From positions 1 through 24,160 of the forward strand of contig JANPLU010000077.1 in NCBI GenBank assembly GCA_031422435.1: DNA of 24,160 nucleotides, read 5' to 3'. The position numbers and the translations under genes were made by a program. This DNA comes from Acaryochloridaceae cyanobacterium VAR_48_metabat_390 (lineage in GTDB: Bacteria; Cyanobacteriota; Cyanobacteriia; Thermosynechococcales; Thermosynechococcaceae). Below the pieces are notes generated by a model. The model was not told the DNA's origin, did not search any database, and saw only the letters and a program-made list of their open reading frames with translations. Below are positions 15,606-24,160 of this stretch, piece by piece; positions within the stretch are counted from its first letter, which is position 1, and every line of letters begins with the position of its first letter.

Positions 15606-16949
15606 TTACGGTGCTGCAAAAATGAGATCAATCCGCGACTGTGCCTCTTGGAGGGCAACCTCAGGGGCACGACCCAGAAGGGTTGCCTCTAGCGCCCGAC
15701 CCAAGTTATCGGAAACCCTCGCGTAGCCTGGAAAGATGGGACGCGATCGCGCATTTTCCATCTGCCCTAAAAAGACGCTAAGGCTGGGCTGTTTTTGCAC
15801 AAATGCCTTATATTCTGAGGTCTCACGAGACTTAAGGTTTACAGGTAGATAGCCCGTGCCTAACGCCCACTCCGACTGAAATTCTTCGCTAGCGGCATAT
15901 TCTGCAAATTCAAAGGCGGCACGTTCGCGCTCGGGGGTCGTCTTAAACACAAACAAGTTTTCGCCACCTAAGGCCGTAGCCGCTTGAGCCTGCATGGGCA
16001 TCGGGAACACGCCAAAATCTACGTTAGAGCTTTGAAGCTGCCCGAGCGTCCAAGGGCCAGAAATTTGCATGGCGACTTTCCCCGCCAAGAAATTATCCAG
16101 TTCATAGCCGCGTTCTGGCTGAGACAAAATGGCCGAACCATCCTTGACGAGATCTTGCCAGAATTTTAGAGCGGCGATCGCCCCACTCTGGTTCACATTC
16201 ACCGCAAGGCCATTGGCATTGGGTTCTGCATCAATACTGCTGCCAGCACTCCACAGAAATGGCAGCCAGGTAAAGACCGCAAATTCCCCTTTCCCGAGGG
16301 CAAGCTGAATGCCGTGGCGATCGGCGCGTCCATCCCCATTGGTGTCTTGGGTCAGCCGCTTTGCAGCAGCGCGGAACTCTGTCCAGGTTTTGGGGAGGGT
16401 TTCAATTCCGGCTTTCTTAAACAGGCTAGGCCGATAGAAGATGCCCACATTATTGGTATCAAAGGGCATTGACCACAGGCGATTTTCGTAGCGCATGGAG
16501 GTCAGCAAGGCGGGGTCAATCTCGTCCTTAACAGGCGACTGAGCCAACCATTCATCGAGAGGACGGATAGCATTTAGCTCAATAAGCTGACCCGTCAGCG
16601 TTGGATTAAACCACAGCAGATCGGGCGGGGCATTGCCGACAACCGAAGCCAGAATTTTGGGCATTTGCTGGTCAGGCTGACCAATGTAGAGCGACTCTAC
16701 CTGTACATTGGGGTGACTTTGGTTAAAGCGATCCACCAGCTTTTGAAAAACCGCTCGATTCGGCGGTGGGTTGATACCCTGCCATAGGGTGAGTTTTAGA
16801 GGTGCAGCGACCTTATTAACGTTGGAGGGTTCGCATCCCTGTAAAATCAGACTACAAAATACGAGTGCTAAAATGCAGCAGATGCGAAGCGAATGGGTGA
16901 TCGCGTTTTGAATGCGATCAATGGCGACTCGAAGGAATTTTGTCTGCAT
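15606..16949 (-). CDS. sugar-type ABC transporter substrate-binding lipoprotein
   Basis: Lipobox ILQG-C, LVDRFNQSHPNVQV, PPDL, GIFYRPSLFKKAG, FLAGKVAMQISGPW and TGYLPV. Exact start uncertain. Confidence 0.9.
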   Translation of the reverse strand: MQTKFLRVAIDRIQNAITHSLRICCILALVFCSLILQGCEPSNVNKVAAPLKLTLWQGINPPPNRAVFQKLVDRFNQSHPNVQVESLYIGQPDQQMPKILASVVGNAPPDLLWFNPTLTGQLIELNAIRPLDEWLAQSPVKDEIDPALLTSMRYENRLWSMPFDTNNVGIFYRPSLFKKAGIETLPKTWTEFRAAAKRLTQDTNGDGRADRHGIQLALGKGEFAVFTWLPFLWSAGSSIDAEPNANGLAVNVNQSGAIAALKFWQDLVKDGSAILSQPERGYELDNFLAGKVAMQISGPWTLGQLQSSNVDFGVFPMPMQAQAATALGGENLFVFKTTPERERAAFEFAEYAASEEFQSEWALGTGYLPVNLKSRETSEYKAFVQKQPSLSVFLGQMENARSRPIFPGYARVSDNLGRALEATLLGRAPEVALQEAQSRIDLIFAAP

Positions 16950-16978
16950 CAGTTTTATTGTCCAAACGTAAGTTCAGT

Positions 16979-17746
16979 ATGGCAGGACACAGTAAGTGGG
17001 CTAACATCAAGCGGCAAAAGGCTGTCGTTGACGGTAAAAAAGCCCAGATTTTTGCACGACTCTCACGGGAAATGATTGTCGCTGCCCGTCAGGGACTCCC
17101 CGACCCCAACGCTAACTTTCAGCTTCGGTCAGCCATCGAAAAAGCCAAAGCCGCAGGCATCCCCAACGAAAATATCGAACGCGCGATCGCCAAGGGTTCC
17201 GGTCAGTGGGGACAAGACGGCGATCGCTGGGAATCCATCCGTTATGAGGGCTACGGCCCTGGCGGGGTCGCTGTCCTCATTGAGGCATTTACCGATAACC
17301 GCCACCGCACCGCTGCCGAAGTGCGCTTTGCATTTACCAAACAAAATGGCAACCTAGGGGAACTGGGCTGTGTCGGCTGGATGTTTGACCAAAAAGGGGT
17401 TTTGACGCTTGCCCCCATAGATGATGAAGAACAGCTTTTAGATACCCTGCTCGAAGCCGATGCTGAAACCTATGAAATACTTGAGACAGATGAAGAGGCG
17501 TTTGTAGAAGTATTTTGTGAGGGCGATCGCCTAGAGCAAGTTGCCCAAAGCCTCAAAACCCAGGGATATCCCGTCCGCGAAGCCGAACTTCGCTGGATTC
17601 CCAATAACCTCGTCGAAGTCACCGACCCAGACCAGGCGCGTAGGCTTCTAAAGCTGATAGATACTCTCGAAGATCTCGACGATATCCAAAGCGTAACCGC
17701 AAACTTTGACATGAATATAGAACTGCTGAGCGCGGCGATCGCCTAA
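16979..17746 (+). CDS. yebC: YebC/PmpR family protein
   Basis: Canonical MAGHSKWANIK start (ATG at 16979), YEGYGPGGVA, TDN and LEDLDDIQSV. Confidence 0.97.
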   Translation: MAGHSKWANIKRQKAVVDGKKAQIFARLSREMIVAARQGLPDPNANFQLRSAIEKAKAAGIPNENIERAIAKGSGQWGQDGDRWESIRYEGYGPGGVAVLIEAFTDNRHRTAAEVRFAFTKQNGNLGELGCVGWMFDQKGVLTLAPIDDEEQLLDTLLEADAETYEILETDEEAFVEVFCEGDRLEQVAQSLKTQGYPVREAELRWIPNNLVEVTDPDQARRLLKLIDTLEDLDDIQSVTANFDMNIELLSAAIA

Positions 17747-17751
17747 GCCCC

Positions 17752-18510
17752 CTACGCATCTAGCCAATCTAAAATCGTGCGCTCCAGGGAAACATGATCC
17801 CGATAAAACTCCTGTGTGACCCACTGCCCCAACGCATCGAAAGCAGAAAACCCTTTCTGAGCCTGCCAAGGGATATTTTGACCCAGAGGGGTAAGATGAT
17901 TGCCCTGAAGCCGCTCAATGGTTACATCATCGGCAAAGCGATCGCCCAAAATCACCGCAATCTGGCGCGTTTGGTCTAAATCATCATTGCGAAACCGAAT
18001 CAGCAGATTGTGCGGAGTCGGATAATAGCGCTGCACCAGTCGATAGGTCTGGGCAGGCGTTGGCGTAAACTGTACGCTTGCAGACGCATTCAGCCACTCT
18101 ACAAAGGGGATGGCGCGATCCGCATCAAAATTATTAAACGACATTAAAATGTTGCCTGCCCGCTCCGTTTCAAACAGGCTGCCAATTAATAAATGAACTT
18201 TACAGCCCATGCTGTGGCCTAAGCCATAGATGGGCAAAAAGCGGTCAATCGCCAGTCTTCGATGGAGCCGATCAAGGGTATTTTCAAACTGATTGAGAAC
18301 TGTAGTGGCGATCACCTTATGGTCTAACGTATTGATAAATGGCGTGGCAATGATGGCATAGCCCTGAGTGGCGATCGCCTCCAGCAGCTTGCTGTAGGAT
18401 AGCTGCGGCGCAGCACCCACAAAAGCCCCTCCCACAAAATGAATTACCGCCCTCACGGGACAGCGGGGTAAAAGCACCCAGTTTTGACCTATTGCCTGCC
18501 AATCGCTCAT
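17752..18510 (-). CDS. DUF1350 family protein (alpha/beta hydrolase-like)
   Basis: IHFVGGAFVGAAPQLSY, GLGHSMGCKVHLL and GNHLTP motifs. Confidence 0.9.
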   Translation of the reverse strand: MSDWQAIGQNWVLLPRCPVRAVIHFVGGAFVGAAPQLSYSKLLEAIATQGYAIIATPFINTLDHKVIATTVLNQFENTLDRLHRRLAIDRFLPIYGLGHSMGCKVHLLIGSLFETERAGNILMSFNNFDADRAIPFVEWLNASASVQFTPTPAQTYRLVQRYYPTPHNLLIRFRNDDLDQTRQIAVILGDRFADDVTIERLQGNHLTPLGQNIPWQAQKGFSAFDALGQWVTQEFYRDHVSLERTILDWLDA

Positions 18511-18761
18511 GGCAGTGGGTCTCTGGGCTTAAGCTGACTAGGAGGGCGATCATTACTCCAAGCCCACCAGACTTGACCGCAGCCGCAGTGATAAAACTCT
18601 TGCCACTTGCGGCGATTATCTTCTGTAAAAACCGGAGAACGACGGTTGAGCCAAACGCTAGTCGCTTCCTGACAGCCTGCTTGACAGCGTGGACAGCAAA
18701 ACTGAGGCGCATGAATGGCAGTTCGAGTCCACTCCGGCGGGGTCGGGTCAAATGCATTCAT
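18507..18761 (-). CDS. small conserved cyanobacterial Cys-rich (zinc-ribbon-like) protein
   Basis: MNAFDPTPPEWT...FCCPRC...VWLNRRSPV...WQEFYHCGCG..WWAWS. Its stop overlaps the DUF1350 start (ATGA). Confidence 0.8.
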   Translation of the reverse strand: MNAFDPTPPEWTRTAIHAPQFCCPRCQAGCQEATSVWLNRRSPVFTEDNRRKWQEFYHCGCGQVWWAWSNDRPPSQLKPRDPLP

Positions 18762-18967
18762 AAAAAATACCAAAGCGTGCGCTCAGGCTCAGAGCACAAG
18801 GATTCACAGATACCATGATGCCAAAAATTGTTTCTCTTGCCCACGCCTTAGTGCTCTAAAGCTTAAACTTTAGGCCTCAATCTTCAGTCTGTTCACTTTG
18901 AGCTTTTTTTTAGATTAGAAGTTGATAAAACTACTTCCATAGAGCGATGGGCGGTTTGTCAACCACT

Positions 18968-18976
18968 TGTTATACT
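18968..18976 (+). promoter_or_regulatory. candidate extended -10 promoter element for nblA
   Basis: TG-T-TATACT about 50 nt upstream of the nblA start, with an AGGAG RBS in front of the ATG. Confidence 0.4.
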
Positions 18977-19023
18977 CTTTAACAAATACGTCCATGCTTG
19001 AGCAGGAGTTCAGGAGTGAATTT

Positions 19024-19221
19024 ATGGATAACGCATTTCAGCTATCAATGGAGCAAGAGTTCAGTATCCGTTCCTTTTCGGATCAGGTTCAAAGTCTTTC
19101 CCAAGAAGAAGCCCAAGACTTTTTGGTAAAGCTCTATCGCCAAATGGTGATGAAAGAAACGATGTACAAACACTTTCTAGCCCAAGAATGGGGTATTGGG
19201 TCACAGCCCAAACTCACTTAG
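19024..19221 (+). CDS. nblA: phycobilisome degradation protein NblA
   Basis: MDNAFQLSMEQEFSIRSFSDQVQSLSQEEAQDFLVKLYRQMVMKETMYKHFLAQEWG, with RBS CAGGAG before ATG 19024. Confidence 0.95.
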   Translation: MDNAFQLSMEQEFSIRSFSDQVQSLSQEEAQDFLVKLYRQMVMKETMYKHFLAQEWGIGSQPKLT

Positions 19222-19378
19222 TTTGCTCCATTTTAGACTGGTTAGACGGTATTCTCTAAATTTCACCTCTGTCTCTTGCTTCTTCTATAAGAATCAGATC
19301 AGGCTAGGGTCTGGGGTTAATTAGAGTTTACTTATTGAACGTTCACTGACTTTTCAATCCTTCTTGACCTAAAGCCAA

Positions 19379-20986
19379 TCAAAAAATCACTGGGTCATTG
19401 GCTGCCCTAGCTTTTTCTAGTTTCTTGAGCATTGACGGCTTAATTCTGTCAAACTCCGTCTTCAAGATTTGTTTACTTACGGACGGTCTCGCCGTCGAAA
19501 TGCTCTGATTAGCCATGACCAACCAGTCTTGAAAAAGCTGTCGTTGATAAGGTGCAATCGTAACTGTTTTAACATTGGCGGATTCAGACGTTGATTCCGA
19601 CGCAAAAAACAGTAGTAAGTAGTAACCATGACTGCTCAAAAGCCTAAGCATTTGCTGACTTTGTTCAAGCTTAAGATCAAGATAGCAAGGCATCCACCGC
19701 GCGCCAATTTGAGCATCGTGAATTGCTGTCACCCAGAGCAACATTGGGTGGGGAGCCATGAGACATAGAAAATGGTTATATCGAGTGCTGAGAAGCCGCT
19801 GCTGAATCTCAGCACGAGAGAGCATCACCCACAACCCTACGGCGGCTTCCTGGTCTGAGGTGAGTATTTGCGGAAAAGCAATCTCAGCAATCGGTTTGTC
19901 AGACGGCCAAGGTACATTCCAGCCAGCTTGCTCAATAGACCAAAATCGCTTCTGGGGCAGAGGAATAACCGGAACGTGCGTAGATTTAGAGGTGGTTACT
20001 CTGACGACTGGTTCAGATTCAATAATTGTTTCTTCTACCTTAGAAGAAGACTTTGACGGAGTGGCAACGCCGTCTATGGGCAGCGTTCTTTGCTGAGTGC
20101 GAATCTGCTCTAAAAGCCCCAGAATTTCCACCATGCTTTGGGGACGCTCGTCAGGTGTTTTAGCCATGCAGCCCATAATCAGGTCTTCTAAACCTGGAGG
20201 GAGCTTTAGACTAGGCAAAGCATCTGCAAAACGTTTGGGCGGCTTGTCTCGATGGGCTTTGTACCAGCTCAGTAGCGTATGGGTATCTGGCTCAATGGGC
20301 ATTTTGCCCGTCAAGATCTCAAACATCGTAATGCCGAGGCTATAGATATCAGAGCGAGAATCTAACTCTTTTCCTTCAATTTGTTCTGGAGAGCAGTAGG
20401 CCAAAGTTCCCATAAAGGAACGGGTTTGGCGACCATCTACATCATCTCTAAACAGCTTTGCAATCCCAAAATCTAGAACCTTCGCAACTTCGCCCAAGCC
20501 CGGATCTGAAATGACAAATACATTACTGGGCTTCACATCTCGATGCACAATCTTACAGACAGCACCATCAATTTTGATGCCTTCATGAGCGCACTGTAAG
20601 CCTAAGCACATGTGACGGGCTAGTCGCATAAACCGATCAACTGTCAGCGTCGCTGGCAGAATTAGGTCGCTTAGGTTTTTCCCTTCCATGTATTCCATTA
20701 CATAGAAAGGGGCTTCATTGCGATGCACACCGTAGTCTAATACGCGCACAATGTGTATGCTGCGCTGCCCTAGCTGTGCCCCTGTACGCGCCTCATCCGC
20801 AAATCTTTGCTTCATCTTCGAGTTAAGCAAAGTTTGCGACAAAAACTTGACCGCTACGGTCACGTTACCTAAAAGCTGATCTTCCGCACGGTAAACCCTG
20901 CCCATAGAACCCTGCCCAATCATTTCGATCAGGCGGTAGCGGTTGATTAAAATCTGCCCAATGTTAGGATCGGTGTGTTCATCCAT
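19379..20986 (-). CDS. Hanks-type Ser/Thr protein kinase (SpkA-like)
   Basis: IGQGSMGRVY, VAVK, HRDVKPSN, DFG, YCSPEQ and DIYSLG motifs, plus a conserved cyanobacterial C-terminal domain WPSDKPIAEI. Confidence 0.92.
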   Translation of the reverse strand: MDEHTDPNIGQILINRYRLIEMIGQGSMGRVYRAEDQLLGNVTVAVKFLSQTLLNSKMKQRFADEARTGAQLGQRSIHIVRVLDYGVHRNEAPFYVMEYMEGKNLSDLILPATLTVDRFMRLARHMCLGLQCAHEGIKIDGAVCKIVHRDVKPSNVFVISDPGLGEVAKVLDFGIAKLFRDDVDGRQTRSFMGTLAYCSPEQIEGKELDSRSDIYSLGITMFEILTGKMPIEPDTHTLLSWYKAHRDKPPKRFADALPSLKLPPGLEDLIMGCMAKTPDERPQSMVEILGLLEQIRTQQRTLPIDGVATPSKSSSKVEETIIESEPVVRVTTSKSTHVPVIPLPQKRFWSIEQAGWNVPWPSDKPIAEIAFPQILTSDQEAAVGLWVMLSRAEIQQRLLSTRYNHFLCLMAPHPMLLWVTAIHDAQIGARWMPCYLDLKLEQSQQMLRLLSSHGYYLLLFFASESTSESANVKTVTIAPYQRQLFQDWLVMANQSISTARPSVSKQILKTEFDRIKPSMLKKLEKARAANDPVIF

Positions 20987-21637
20987 ACATAAATATATTT
21001 TGGCTCAACCTAAGGTCACTAGGCAACTACAGATCCTTGTTTCTACTATATTTTCCGTCTCCCATCACTCTTTGTGGGTAAACATGTTGCGGTTTACATG
21101 TTGTTCATCTAGCCCGAAGACTCAAACAGTACAGTTTTGAGAAAAAGATATAGATGACGAAACTCTTGCATACTAAAGTTTTTGGCGGTTTCTTGCGTAT
21201 AAAAGACGCTAACTTGATCATATCGGTTTCTGGAGTAAATGTCAGAGAATGCTGACGATTCCAATAGTTTAACGTTGTCTTGGTAGTATGCCCAAGGTTT
21301 TAGAATTTTTGATAAAAGAAAGAAAAGCTACTCCGTCGCAATGCATCCGAGGCTATGCAGGCTCAGAATATTGATTTTTTCTAAAAATATTGCTGGTGCA
21401 TTATGATTTTATTTTTCTAGTCTGTATTTTCGGCTCGGAAAGAATGCAGTTATCGCGTATCATGAAAATAATGAGTTTCTTAGGTTTTATGTCTTGGGCA
21501 AAAATGAAGGGTGAGAGTTTTTAGAGGTAATAAATCAAAAGTTATGGGTTAATATTCAGCAGTGGAAATGAACACAGAGCTAAGTTCGCATACTATTCTA
21601 ACTAAAACCTCCATAACTAAACCCTTAAAAACTACTT

Positions 21638-22012
21638 ATGAAGCTCCACGATATCTATCATTTCTTTCAAGATCCTCCTCCTATCTATCTTAGTAAAGAG
21701 GCTGCAGTTTGTTATGTGTTAGCGGTTTTGTTAGAGCATGGGGACTCTTACGGTACGGCTCTAATACAGCGAATTGAGCAAGAGCATTCCCTGTATCGAC
21801 TATCCGATACAGTGCTTTACAGCGCGCTTCAGTTTCTTGAAGATGAAAAGGTTATTGATGGCTATTGGCAAAAAGTCGAGGGTCGAGGTCGTCCCCGAAG
21901 AATGTATCAGGTTAGAATCAGCGAGCTAGATTTAGCTAGGAAGCTGGGTCGTCTTTGGCAAGGATATGCACTGCAGACCAATTCGCAGGGTAATCAGCGG
22001 CAGTCTAGCTAA
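21638..22012 (+). CDS. pex: PadR-family circadian period extender Pex
   Basis: DIYHFFQDPPPIYLSKE...SYGT...YRLSDTVLYSAL...YWQKVEGRGRPRRMY. Confidence 0.9.
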   Translation: MKLHDIYHFFQDPPPIYLSKEAAVCYVLAVLLEHGDSYGTALIQRIEQEHSLYRLSDTVLYSALQFLEDEKVIDGYWQKVEGRGRPRRMYQVRISELDLARKLGRLWQGYALQTNSQGNQRQSS

Positions 22013-22174
22013 AAATTAAATCTCCAATTGAAGTCTTAAAATAGTTTTTATCGGCATCTTAAATTAAAAACATCTCCATAATCTGATCGGAGTAACCTTA
22101 TTTAAATAGACTGGAGATTGATTTTAATTGACGTAGAATTTCTAAATACTTTTATGCTGGAATGTTTAACAATT

Positions 22175-22465
22175 TCATGTTTTGTCGGAACGATTTGCTT
22201 TTCTTAGCTTGTAAAGACTGTAGCTTGTTCTGACAACGCCTCTATCAAGAGGTTGACCAATTTCCCGTTCTAGCTCAATAATCTTCCGATATAAGTATTC
22301 AATCGTTTGCTTTTTAACCCAGCCACGCTCGACAATGATGTCGCCAAATCGCATGCCAGTTGAGTATTGATCGTTGAGGGCAACCTCAACTTGAGAAGTC
22401 GTTAGCAATCCTGCATCTATAAGATAGCTTCCTAATCGTTTGTCCGCAGGATCGTAGGAAATCAT
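22175..22465 (-). CDS. standalone MshEN-like protein (candidate c-di-GMP receptor)
   Basis: RLGSYLIDAGLLTTSQVEVALNDQ, a 5-aa linker, then RFGDIIVERGWV. Confidence 0.75.
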   Translation of the reverse strand: MISYDPADKRLGSYLIDAGLLTTSQVEVALNDQYSTGMRFGDIIVERGWVKKQTIEYLYRKIIELEREIGQPLDRGVVRTSYSLYKLRKANRSDKT

Positions 22466-22757
22466 GAGTACCGACCTTACATTGGCTCAATATAAAAGTA
22501 CCGATAGAAGCTTCACTTTTACTTGAGTGAATAGTGCAAGAAAAATTTGCTTTTTCAGTTTACGCTCAGTCTAGCGAATGTTTGAGTGGTAAATGCTCTC
22601 AACAATATGAGCCTACGCTCAAACTAAGGCACACCAATATATATACCCATTTCTGCTCGCTAAACGATCATCTGGGCATATTTTCTACATGTTCGTGCAA
22701 ACAAGGCGTACAATAAGTCTCGACATACCTCTTCAGTGCGCAGCGTTTGACGACGAT

Positions 22758-23345
22758 ATGACCCACGCAACAGATATCGGTACTTTAGTGCGCTGGATGG
22801 CGGGCGACTTTAGTAATCAGGCTCAAGCCGTTGATAATCCGCCATTCTTTGCTCATATTCGGGTTTGTATGCGTCCATTGCCGACGGGATTTTTATCTGG
22901 GGTAAGCCTTTTTTTAGAACAGGCGTATGACTTTGCGCTCAGTCAACCCTATCGTCTACGGGTGCTAGAATTTCTGCCCTTGGGGGACAAAATCTTACTT
23001 CATAACCATTCTTTGAAAGAGGGAGAACGTTTCTTTGGCGCTGCGCGTAATCCACAGCAGCTTCAGGACATTCACCCTAATGACATTGTAGAGATGCCAG
23101 GGTGCAGCATGGATGTGGAATGGACAGGCCATAGTTTCATTGGGCGAATCCAGGGAAAAGGCTGTAAGGTAAACTGGAAAGGTCAAGATACTTACCTAGA
23201 TAACGAATTTGAGATTAGTGAAGATCGGCTTCTGAGCCTAGATCGCGGACGAGATCCGGTGACTGATGAGCGTATCTGGGGTTCAATTGCAGGACCGTTT
23301 CAGTTTAGTCGGCGCACTAGTTTTGCTGATGAAGTCTTGATCTAA
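22758..23345 (+). CDS. cpcT: T-type phycobiliprotein chromophore lyase CpcT/CpeT
   Basis: MTHATDIGTLVRWMAGDFSNQAQA...PPFFAHIRVCMRPL...PYRLR...SLDRGRDP...WGS. Start at ATG 22758. Confidence 0.93.
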   Translation: MTHATDIGTLVRWMAGDFSNQAQAVDNPPFFAHIRVCMRPLPTGFLSGVSLFLEQAYDFALSQPYRLRVLEFLPLGDKILLHNHSLKEGERFFGAARNPQQLQDIHPNDIVEMPGCSMDVEWTGHSFIGRIQGKGCKVNWKGQDTYLDNEFEISEDRLLSLDRGRDPVTDERIWGSIAGPFQFSRRTSFADEVLI

Positions 23346-23395
23346 AAATGTGCCTTTGACCAGGATGTCAACTGACCCTAATCCTGGTACTTTGA

Positions 23396-24160
<765 letters not shown>

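Noticed and set aside
22012..22129. weak ATCTCCA direct and inverted repeats between pex and the MshEN-like gene
   Set aside because: Short, AT-rich and imperfect; at most a terminator or decayed repeat, which I cannot support further.

Overview
Cyanobacterial chromosomal window, judged from the frequent HIP1 GCGATCGC octamers and the genes nblA, pex, cpcT and sqdB. The left ~12 kb is a mobile/accessory region. It holds the end of an IS1-family element that truncates a GAF-PAS sensor gene, several gene relics (QueG-like, DUF1304, IS1595, Uma2), and a hydrolase/NTF2-like gene pair. It also holds an AT-rich three-gene cassette (polytopic membrane protein, GH24 lysozyme-C39 peptidase fusion, TM/coiled-coil protein) bracketed by two inverted copies of a MITE-like element. 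Next come a degenerate duplicate of the promoter and 5' end of the neighbouring NB-ARC gene, and an Rpn nuclease with a likely nested antitoxin start. A large HTH-NB-ARC-WD40 (NLR-like) gene follows, carrying an in-frame 126-bp palindromic repeat insertion. The right ~9 kb is ordinary core genome: sugar ABC substrate-binding protein, yebC, DUF1350, a small Zn-finger protein, nblA, an SpkA-like kinase, pex, a standalone MshEN-like protein, cpcT and partial sqdB. All family calls come from motif recognition by eye; no database searches were run.
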